Assembly: GCA_973895155.1 (NCBI GenBank)
Contig: OZ316893.1
Span: forward strand, 7,960,963 to 8,024,962
DNA: 64,000 nt
Source: Marsupella aquatica
Lineage: Eukaryota; Plantae; Marchantiophyta
Reading direction: 5' to 3'
Translations under genes and position numbers: made by a program
The notes under the pieces: generated by a model
The model's database searches: none
Told to the model about the DNA's origin: nothing
The model's input: only the letters and a program-made list of their open reading frames with translations
Shown here: in pieces, positions 39,801 to 50,444 of the stretch
How the letters are laid out: the number at the start of each line of letters is the position of its first letter
Numbering within the stretch: the stretch's first letter is position 1

Positions 39801-41210
39801 AAAAGCGCTTACTTGGAAGTTTGAATACATCACCCTAATTGTCTTCTGCGTGCACTACAATTTCTTCATTCTAGCCCGTGCAGGGGAAAGAAATTTGATA
39901 TAGGTCAGCCTGGTTTGCCTTCCTGTACAAGGCCACATTCCTTTCTATTCATATTACTTTGCAGGGGTTAAATACATAACCCTCGGTGTATTCAAGTCAC
40001 TTAATGATATTCTCCATTGTAGAGAGGAAGTAGAAGGGGAAGGGGTGTATCAGCGGTGCCCCCAAAACCAGTAGCAGCACCGGCACCGACAAACAACCCC
40101 TCCCAGGTATGTCTTGATGTACCAGGCTAATTTCCTTATCAAACTGCTTTGCAGGGAGTGAATACACAACCCTCACTGTCTTCTATGTCAATTAATAATT
40201 TTGTTCATTGTAAGGAGGAAGACAAAGGGGAAGGGATGTGTCAGAAATGTCCTCAGCACCAGTGGCACTAGCAATCCCAGTACCAGCAACCAACCCCTCC
40301 AAGGTACGCCTTTGTGTCTTAGGCCACATAATTGAATTCCTTCTCATCAGCGGCATCCAATTGTTGAGTAATGTGAATACCTCTTTGTCAATGTCTTTTG
40401 ATGTTGCTTTGGATTGTAGGAAGGGCAACAACGGGAAAAGGCAAGCAAAAGGCGAAAAGGAAAGGGAAATTTGGTGGAGCAATCCCTTGCACCTGCCCCA
40501 ACCCCTATCCCAACAAATGAACACTCAGCCCCTGCCCCTGTAACAACACCAACACATGCACCTGCCGGTATCCCTGGACCACCACTAGCACATGCCCCTA
40601 CACCAGGACCAGCAGAAGCACCAGCCCCTATACCAGTGCCAACACCAGGCCCTGCACCAGCTACGAACTCCTCACAGGTATGCCTAAGGGTGCAGCAGCA
40701 ATATTCCTCTGCTTCATTGTGGAATGTGAATACCTCTTTGTCCATGTATTCTAATGTCTTTGTGGGTTGTAGGTACCACAAGGAGGAGTTGCTTTGTCCT
40801 TAGTACATGTTCCTGTCTCAAGGAAGAGGAAGGAGGCCTCTAAATCAAGCAAGGGTATGAGCCAGGCATTGCAGGTTGTTCCTCTATTGGCAGTCAACCC
40901 CAAAACAAAAGTTGTGTTTTTGCACCCCGAAGATGATGACTTAGCAACATCAGAAGTTGAAGACAGAGTGAGAGGCAAGCCAAAGCGAAGTAAAAGTGTG
41001 ACAAGTAGAGGCGGGGGGCAAGGGAGAGGAAGAGGAGCACAGTCTTCTACTCAACCAACTCCCTTGCATGAAATCCCGCTAGGTGATGGTGACAATGTAG
41101 ACACATTTGGGCCATCACAACTTTTGCATGACTCCCAAATGACTGCTTCACAAGATACATTCAGGGAGGTTATTGACCAACTCCCGCACCCTTCCCAGTA
41201 TGCTGACTGA
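36900..41210 (+). pseudogene. MULE accessory multi-exon gene with helical N-terminal part, acidic DPIDHPVH repeats and Pro/Ala/Thr-rich duplicated exons
   Basis: Chain of GT-AG exons (~37424-38253, 38337-38800, 38902-39147, several 70-100-nt exons, 40420-40677, 40773-41210). Stops at 37639 and 38092. Start not resolved. Confidence 0.55.
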
Positions 41211-41478
41211 GCGTGGACACCCTTCCCGTGTGGTACTAAGCCATTTTTGTGGTAGCTTCAGTGGTCTTTAGATGCAATGTAGCATGAGGTAGCTTCAGAT
41301 ACAATGTAACTTCATTGGAAGGCAAGGAGGCCCATGATACATCTACACTGCAAGGTCACAACTCGACTTACAACTTGTACTGGAAACATTTATGAATAAA
41401 AAGCAATTTGCATTCACTGTGTTCTGATGTATAAAAGTTATTCATTCTGCTGGATACTACCTTCAGTCTGCACCTTCA

Positions 41479-42143
41479 GTTTTGGAAGACATTGTCCATA
41501 CAGTCTTCGCACCACACTTAGCCATTTTTCCAACGACAGGATATTTCGCTTGAAGAAGCCATTTGAGCAAGGGTAAATGACCGTGGATGTTGTGGGTTTT
41601 GGAAGACATTGTCCATATAGTCTTCGCACCACACTTAGCCATTTTTCCAACGACAAGATATTTTGCTTGAAGAAGCCATTTGAGTAGGGGTAAATGACCG
41701 TGGATGTTGTGGGTTTTGGAAGACATTGTCCATATAGTCTTTGCACCACACTTAGCCATTTTTTCAACGATAGGATATTTCGCTTGAAGAAGCCATTTGA
41801 GCAGGGGTAAATGACCGTGGATGTTGTGGGTTTTGGAAGACATTGTCCATATAGTCTTCGCACCACACTTAGCCATTCTTCCAACGACAGGATATTTTGC
41901 TTGAAGAAGCCATTTGAGCAGGGGTAAATGACCGTGGATGTTGTGGGTTTTGGAAGACATTGTCCATATAGTCTTCGCACCACACTTAGCCATTTTTCCA
42001 ACGACAGGATATTTCGCTTGAAGAAGCCATTTGAGCAGGGGTAAATGACCGTGGATGTTGTGGGTTTTGGAAGACATTGTCCATATAGTCTTTGCACCAC
42101 ACTTAGCCATTTTTCCAACGACAGGATATTTTGCTTGAAGAAG
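41479..42143. repeat. 117-bp tandem array (~5.7 units)
   Basis: GTTTTGGAAGACATTGTCCATA starts at 41479, 41596, 41713, 41830, 41947 and 42064. Units are nearly identical. Confidence 0.95.
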
Positions 42144-42353
42144 AAATTTGAGCGAGGGTACGTAAATGGCCAACACTAGTGGTTTCACACAAGATGCACA
42201 TGACAACTGCAAAACAGTTTCAAAATTTGTAGAACATCTCTAAATTGTTGGAGTACAATGCTGTTGTAGACTTCAATGTCTGCAACTAAAGCAAAATTGC
42301 AATTGCTACTTCCTGTGAGCTATTATTTGAACTTGTTACCACTGTGGTGCAAA

Positions 42354-43083
42354 CTAAGTCAAGAGCTCATTACTACAAAATACTTCCCCACAATAGGTGC
42401 ACCTAAATACTTCATGCCCAGACTCATCTACTCCTAGCAACTCAACATTAACTCTATGACCATCTGCTTTGATAGGAGCCCTCCATTGTGCACCCATTGC
42501 ACTAAATTGTCGTTGAAGCCATGCCTCCGCCTCAGAATGGGACCTAAAAGACTTGTGACTAGCTCCACTGAATCCGCTCACCTGACATTCTGCCTCCTCC
42601 CAAGTACGATATATTCCAGGACTGCGCCCCCTAGCAATGGCATACCATTTCTTCTTTGAGGTAGAGCCTAGATCACAATTGTATGGAAGAGCAATTGACT
42701 TAGAGCGAGAGGACAAAGTCTGTGATTGTAATTCACCCTTGTGGCAGGCTGAGTTTGCGCAACGTCAACCAATTGTGCTTGTGAGGCTGACGAAGATGGA
42801 CCTGCATTAGCACCCTGGCGCCGAGCCAATACAGGTTTTGGTGGCCCAACAACAGCCACTACAGGGGAATCGTGACCCTCTGATTTTGATGGCGTTGTAC
42901 TTTGAGCAAGGGGAGGCAGCCTATCTCGATTCCACACTGAAGACAAACACAAAATCCGTTCCAACATGCAATGGAGGAAGAAGAGTAGTGCACTCAAACC
43001 TGCAAATACGGTCCATATGGTGAACCCCAATGCCCAAAACAACTGAACTACAAAACCAACACTGCCTTCATTGAACTTTGCCA
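42354..43083 (-). CDS. RNase H1 N-terminal hybrid-binding (caulimovirus viroplasmin-like) domain ORF inside the MULE; probably one gene with a frameshift or splice near 42720
   Basis: KKWYAIARGRSPGIYRTWEEAECQVSGFSGASHKSFRSHSEAEAWL is a canonical HBD, followed by CTYCG..C. The upstream frame (MAKFNEG...) is hydrophobic. No RNase H catalytic domain follows. Confidence 0.75.
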
Positions 43084-43583
43084 TTGCCAAATGGCAATCT
43101 TCTCCTTGGCGCTCTCGTTGTCGCTCTCCTGTCCCTGGTGCTCTTGCTCTCTCTGGCGCTCTCGGGCGCTGCACAATCTACTCAGACCTCTCTCTCTGGC
43201 GCTGCAATGCTGTCCTGTCCGTCCTCTACTACACTGGTCTCCTAAGACCTCCTCCCTTTGTTGTCACTCACGTGGACGACTTCAAAGGCTTAGTCCACTT
43301 GCAAAATGCGCACATTCTCCATGGAACACTCAATGTCGACCAACGGTCCCGCTCGCCAATATCATTGCGGAAGTAGATTCAAATTTGAAGACATTATGGT
43401 CAATGTCTTCAATAACAATGAAGGAAGTTAAGAAGACAACATGGTCGCTGTCTTCAAGTGCAAGCATGCATGGAAGATAAACGGGAAGACAAAATGAATA
43501 TGTTGTATTCATCAGAGAATAATGGTGGAAAAAAGTGACAAGAGTCTGTTTTGATGCACAACCAAAGTTCAGTAATAAAGTAA

Positions 43584-46500
43584 CTAGTAAGGTTCAGTAA
43601 TATCAACATGATATTGTGACCCAAATCCCTGACACTCTATTGCAGCCTCATTGGCCAATTCCATGCACCTATCAATGAAAGCTTGTGGCAATTGTTGTTC
43701 ACTATTTGGGAGAAGGGGCTGAGATACAATGCTCTGGATTGGTCCTGTGCCTACTGTTGGTGCGGTTGATTCAATACTATATTCAGTCTGCAGTAGTTGG
43801 TCTTCCCAAGGAAAGGGTGACACAGGTGGGTGCTCCAAAATGACTGCATCACCATTATCCACCTGCATATGAAGGCAATTTTAAAATTTGTCCCTAGCAT
43901 GAGACCACACATGCATGAAGCCCACAAGTAATGATATATACTTGTAAGAAGATTGTTAATGTTGGAATCCTTACTCTTGCTGGATCTGTTGGCGTCACAC
44001 TATGGACTTTATCACAAGATCTTCGGTTATGTCCAACCTGCCCACACTTATTGCACCTGCACTTCCCAGTGTTAGGCCCCGCTTTCTTTGCCCTCGATTG
44101 AACAAGAACAATTGGAAGTCCAACAATAGTGTTTGCTGTTGAAAAGGGTTCCACCCTGTTTGGATCATCATCTAGTGGATATCTCAAGAACAATTGTCCA
44201 AGGGAGTCAATCATTAATTCTTCGCCTTCTCCAAGAGCCCTAGGTGGATGCCTCCCTCCACAACCCTGTTCGATGCGGACCATTCTATGTCTGCCCCTTT
44301 TCACAGCAGCCATAGGAGCAACACAATTTGGACTTGGCATTAAGTCTGATACAATAAAGCTAGGTAAAACATTGTCATACAAAGCCCTAATTGAAGCAGT
44401 CCGCCAACATTTGTGAAAATGAGCAGAAAATTTTCTGCCTTCTTGGTCATCCCAAGCCATTATATGCTCACATGGCCACACCATCTCTTGCAGCTCCCAA
44501 CAAGTGCAAGATTTCTTTGGTGACAGTGACACTAGATACTCCTCACTTTGGGAGGTAGTTTGAACCTTGGCTGTGGACGCGCCATCATCAAACACCTGAG
44601 CATATGAAAACTTGGATATAATTACAAAACTATTCAAATAAAGAATACATTCATACTAGTGTATTTTAATTCAACACCGAGCTATTAAGAAGACATTGAT
44701 GTTAAAGTATATACAGAACACATAGGTATTAATGCATACACAAGACTAGGCATGAAGATTACCTGCCATTGACCAAACGTCTTGAGATTCTTATTGTACC
44801 TGACCAGGGCTGGAATAGTGAGTACTTCTTGTCTCGCCAACGCAGCTACTTTCCTTTCTTTAAACTTTTGCTGAACATATACCCACATGCGCTCCATCAA
44901 CTTGCAAGGAGCAAATTCGCGCAAGGGGAGTAAGCCTGAATTTGCTTGCTCAGCAGGGTTGCTTGTAACCTTTGCCATGCGGGGAAGTGGAAAGGCATGC
45001 CTGGCATAAAGTTTTGCATCAAAACTTCTGATGTAGTCTACAACATTTGCATTCTCATATGCCTTGACGGACTCTGCCAGTCGCTTCAAACATGCTTCAA
45101 CTCTGATACAGGTGCACAGGGAAAACATTGATGTTAATGTATACAATCATGTCATACACAGAGAAAACATTTGCGTGAGTATGTACTTCACATTCTGTAT
45201 TCGAGGAGCTCGGTAATATAATTACTGTATTGAACATGAGTATGCGGTGTATACATAAGAAGTCAAATGTATGTAGAATCAAAGCAATGAAGGTTTTTGG
45301 ACTTACTGTCTTTCATCGTTGGCATATATGCATCCTGTAAAAATATCTGCTGCTGCTTTGCCATGCCTGTTCTTGACATTAGCTCTCAGGTGGTTTGCAC
45401 ATGCTGCATGTATCTTACCTGGCCACACGTAACTCACAGCGGCAAGTAGACCTTTCTGTCGGTCTGATATGAGTGGCATGTGAGGCGATTCAATGCCGTA
45501 GAGTGATCTATCTACCAATTCCAGAAACCAGATCCAATTATCTGTGTTCTCAACTGGAGCTACTGCGTAACATAGAATCAATCCTTGGCCATTTCCATCC
45601 AAACATGTAGCTAAGAACAGTTGAGTGGGGTACTTCCTGTTCTTTGTATGACATGCATCAAGAGAGATGAGAGGTTGAATGTAGGTACATGCTTTTCGTG
45701 TAGCTGATGGGCAAATGAATGCTCGACAGAAAACGTTGGATTTTTCCGTTGGGGACCAGACTGCCACTGCACCAGGGTCAGTCTCTCTCACCCTGGCAAT
45801 TAATGCCAGAATCATTTGAAACGTGTCTTCCTGCCCACCAAGGTGCAGATCCCGTACATAGTCTTTTGCTCGCCACATTTAGTGGTAAGTGCTGTTCTTT
45901 TTATAATCCCCTTGAAATCCACATAGTAGTTCTTTGACCGGCACCTTCAGATTTCTACACACTCTAGGCGCCAGTGTGTCTCCTAACCACACTGCCTTTT
46001 GTGTTGGGCCCCTCCACTTGTGTTTAGATGCTGGACAATTGTGTTTCAGCTCACACACAGTAATGATATGAGCCCCGCTGTGAGCTTGCCTGTGACATCG
46101 GACCCTGAATGGGCAGTAGGCTGAACAATCAAAACCATCTTCATCGTACTCTGGCGGGGGCCTAAACCTAGAAAACTCCCCGCATACTCCTGTGGTACAT
46201 ATCTTCCTGACTTTTACCGTGCCAGGGGCATGTGACCCAAGTAGCCACACACTGCTATGCTGCACTACTGTGCGTGGTTTCTTTGCCATCGTTGTGTTCC
46301 TCTGGAGACAGTTTGGATCCAGAGGTCCAAGGGGTGCACGAACCTCCTATTGCAATCCACACAAAACATATTCATGTTATTGTATATGGAAACACAGAAG
46401 ACAGTGGTGTCATTGTATACAAAATACACACCACAATGGGGATGTTTATATGAAACATAGAAGACACTCATGACGTCGTATACAAAACATTGATGGTAAA

Positions 46501-47774
46501 ATGCAAAGAAGACATTCCGGTTGAGGTATACCTGTGGAGCATTTGTGAGAACGATTGCTCCAGACTGGTTTGTTGATCCTGTCATCTGTTGAATAGCAAT
46601 TTGAAACTCACGGTCTTCCATCTGCAATGGCAGCACAAACATACCATGCATCAAAACACAGAGTGACAAGTATTACATTTCTAACCCTTCAAAAAAACCA
46701 CAATGATATAGGTATGGACTCTTGGAAAGCTTTACCTCTTCCGCTGTCAACTCGGGGTTCTCACTATATGGGGACCTCCCCATCGCCTGCGACGTTTTTA
46801 GGCCTCGGACCCCCTAAAATGTAAGAATTTTTTTTAATTTTTTAACCCCTATAAAGTTGGGATATTCTTGGAATATTCTAAAAATTGGATTAAAAAGACC
46901 CTAATGTTCTTATAAGTCTCAAAATTGAATTTAAAAAACCCTATTGTTCTTCTACAAAAATTCTGAAGTCTTCCCTTAGAACCAATAAAATGACCCTATC
47001 CTTCGTCGCACGTGATATGTCATTTTTGTGGAAGTGAAACCCCCGAGGCTGTCAATAATGGTTCTGCATAGGCATTGTGTGTCCTTCGTGTCCCCCTTGG
47101 TTCGGATGTCATTCCTCTGTCACGGAACCCACTATACTCACCGTAACGACTGTTATAGTGCCAATCTAATTCATGTTCATCTTCATCATCCAATTCATGG
47201 ATATATAGTGAATCTTCATCTTCTGAACTATCACTACATTCAGAACTGTCTGGCCCAGGTCTGATGTCACCACTTGACTTCCTTTCATGTCGATGAGCAA
47301 TCTTACTAAATCGGCAAACCCTTGTTCGAAAATTGGGGGAGGTTTTAAGTCTATACACTACTCGGCCATGCATGACAGCCCACGAGTCCAAACATCTATC
47401 AAATTCATCAAAATTGTTAAAATGCTCGCCCAGATGAATGCGAGCCGCCTCTGCTTCCACTGCCAAGAGCATTGTAGAATACATAATGAAGAACGTCTAC
47501 GGGAGCTCTCCACTTCAACAGTGCAAAACTTATGATTCATACGGGAGCAACTTCATACTTAAGCCAAACAAATCCTCCAAATACTAACTTGAAGCATAGT
47601 AGATTCACCTTCTTCGGGACTCTTCCCATCCAGGATTGATTTCAGATTTTTCAGATGTCTTCGTGTTGTTCCTCGCCTTGCTCTTTGTGGTGATTGCCTG
47701 TCTGAATCGGGAATGTCCACCTCACAGACATCCCCTCGACGCCAAAGATTGATGTCACTTACATCATCTGCCAT
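43584..47774 (-). pseudogene. MuDR-type transposase (MULE DDE, SWIM, CCHC knuckle), multi-exon
   Basis: GEHFNNFDEF, CPFRV...HNC, ISLDACHT...LDGNGQ, ISDRQKGL, CANHLRAN, TSNPAEQANS, CTC...PCEH and CNKCGQVGHNRRSC. TAA at 45879-45881. MITE inserted at 46751-47047. Confidence 0.9.
46751..47047 (-). mobile_element. ~297-bp MITE, copy 2
   Basis: Reverse-complement copy of 9440-9735 with a perfect 8-bp TSD GCTGTCAA (46743-46750 and 47048-47055). Confidence 0.9.
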
Positions 47775-50444
47775 CGTGTACTTCAATGTGCATATGAGTA
47801 CTGTGCAGAGGTTAGTCATGTCCATTTAACGTAAAGCTCAAAAACATTTACTAAGCCACATGCGAAAGGGCTCTGCAGCCCATGAACTGACGTCGTTTCC
47901 TGACATTGTTTGTGCCTTCAGTTTACACATTCTAACATCTGCACAATAGTACCTTGTTTTCCTGTGCAATCGATGGTGGCAGGTGCGTGCGCCGTGCGCC
48001 TCGTGGAAAGTTGAGTGTACTTGTTATCGAGCATGGACAAAAGTTGGGATGGGAGGATATTAAAAAATGCGGAGATCAGTTTACAAATAGAATACAATCA
48101 TGTCAATGTATTCGAATTCGCGTAACATAACCCTAATGTTGATCGTGGCGGCGTGGATGGGCAAATGCCCGATTTTGACTTCTAATTATGAGGTCCCGTT
48201 GCCTGATTACTGCGCGTTTCAAGACCCTAAACCGCCCCGATAATGTGCGCCCCGACAATGTGCGCCCTAAACAGAAATTTTGTTGAAGACATAAACCACG
48301 AAGTATTCACGCTCATAAGGGACCATAGTGCGAGAACGCAAAACCGCGTAGTTGCGGCCCTACTGCAGCGGAGTCTCATGGTCGACTGCGGGAGGCCACC
48401 CTGCGTGGTGGCATGGCTCCCAACTGTGCAGTATGGCCTTTACACGGGGGAAACTGCCTTACACGGGAGAAAAGGGTACGGGCCATAATGAGGGGGCTGA
48501 TTGGGGCAAAAAAGTTTGGAGGGGGCTCATCAAGTAAAGTTTCTCCTTGAGGGGGTCTATTGAGCATATCCCTCATGCCACGGAAGCGAGAGGAGGAGCA
48601 GAGCAGAGAGGAAGACTCATCAGCGACTCTCATCAGTGCCTCTCATCCGCCGTGCAGCTTTGAATTTTCTTGTCCTCCCCATTACTTTAGGAGTCGGGAG
48701 GTGGATTCATGAGTACGCATCCGTAGGCTGAGGTCACTATAAATTACGGGTACGGGAACTGGAGGCGTTGGTACTATTACACAGCTGTGAGGAGTTCGTA
48801 AAATGTACAGCAGCAATCTAGCGGTGTCTGTTTGTGTCCTTTACCGACCAATTCGGAGTTGGGTTCAAGCGATGTACAGCTTTTCCTCGCCTTTGTGGTA
48901 ATTTACTCGACTTTGTGGTTCCTGCCAGAGGACGTGTCTTGTGGCGGGTTTCACTCTCGAGATGAGAAGAAAGAGCAGCTTCTCCATGAGGATTTTCGTG
49001 GGTCTCTTGCTTAATGAGCAGACTTGAGGTAGCGGTCTCTGCCTTTCAAAGTACTACTTTGATGCAGTGTGTCAGAGAATTCGATACGGTGGCTGGAATT
49101 TAGCACGATCGGCTTACTAAGTTGTGGGTGGTCTACGGAGTCGCTGTACTTGTGGGAGCCTTTGGACGATTCTCACAGAATCCGGGTTGTTGATTTATAT
49201 AAAGGATCGAGCGGAGTGGCAGACTGGGAGCAGACTAGTGGATAACAAGGTCAGTGACTTGGTGCTGTGCCATATTCTAGTTACATGTCCAGACTAATAG
49301 CATGTATTCAATGATTCTAGGGCTACAAACACTTATCTGGATTGTGTTCTCTCTGCTGTCCGCTGCTGAAGTGGGTGAATTGCTTAGAAGAAACACGGCA
49401 CTTGCCAGCGATTCTCAAGTGAGCTAGAACTAGTTCCTGGAGTCCGATCTCTGGTTCGTTAAGGTTCATTGAATTGGAAAGCTCTGTTAGTTTTCCAGGA
49501 GTTTAGGAAAAGGGAAGGCTGCTGTACTGAATCAGCATTTGTGGATGGCATCGCCTTGCGTGTAAACATTGCAGTAGTAAAATGTCCATTTTTTTGCCAG
49601 TGAGCACTCGATGGAACTGGAACTGGAACTGAACTTGCAAGCATGATGTTCCGTCATCATAATATTTTGATTAATGTTGAAACTTAAGCTAGATGAGTAT
49701 ATCAAATATGCATAGTTTCCAGACTGATTCCTACTTTAGGCTTTCAAATCTATATTTTGTATAGGGTTAATGCGGATGAAGTTAACGGTATCGATCGGAT
49801 TCATCGTTCCTCAAAACTCCCTTTCTTAACGTCCAGGTTCAAAGCCTCCGTATCTTCCCAAAAATGCGGTAAGAACATATCTGTTTCGTTTCTCGTTTCC
49901 AGTATGCGATTTGTGCAATCCGGAAAGGCAACACCTCGATAGCGCCCGTGCCCCAAACCTCTCACCCCTCCAGTTGAAGCAATTTTTTACTTCTTTCTTC
50001 TTCTGAAGTCATAAACCCAGAAGTGAATTTCCCTAGCCACGGTTTTTCTGGATTGTATCTTTCTCTGCTGCTGAAGCGTCTGGTGTTGGACGATGGGCAG
50101 ATCCCTGCAGTAGATTTTCTTTGTTGCTCAAGTGCTTGGTGTTAGAAGTCAACAAAAGTTTGGATTGTGTGGTGCCTGCTACTGAAGTCTCTAGATTGTC
50201 TCCTCTGGTACTGAGGTGTCTGGTGTCCCTTCATAGACAGATATCTGGATTGTGCTTTCTCGCTGTTGTTGTCGTCTGATGGACAGAGCTGAGTTGGGTT
50301 CTCCCTGGCGTTTACTGTGTTGGATATAGGAGGTAAACGGATATCTTGATTGGGTTCTGTTGGCTGCTGAAACCTCTGCAACTCGCAACGTAGATCTCAC
50401 CAAGTCTGTGGGTTGTATGCAGCAGATCGAGGAGGAGGAGCATT

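Larger units (their letters stand above)
35421..48574 (-). mobile_element. Mutator-like element (MULE), ~13.2 kb
   Basis: Long bipartite TIRs: 35421-35572 pairs with 48422-48574 (GAGGGATATGCTCAATAGAC...), and ~35660-35785 pairs with ~48080-48200. Contains a MuDR-type transposase. No clear TSD. Confidence 0.88.

Noticed and set aside
41438-42212. 226-aa and 249-aa repeat ORFs, and a possible CRISPR-like array
   Set aside because: The ORFs follow from a 117-bp unit divisible by three. There are no unique spacers and the context is eukaryotic.
35400-48600. Target-site duplication for the MULE
   Set aside because: No 8-11-bp direct repeat was found at the apparent ends, so the exact boundaries are uncertain by a few bases.
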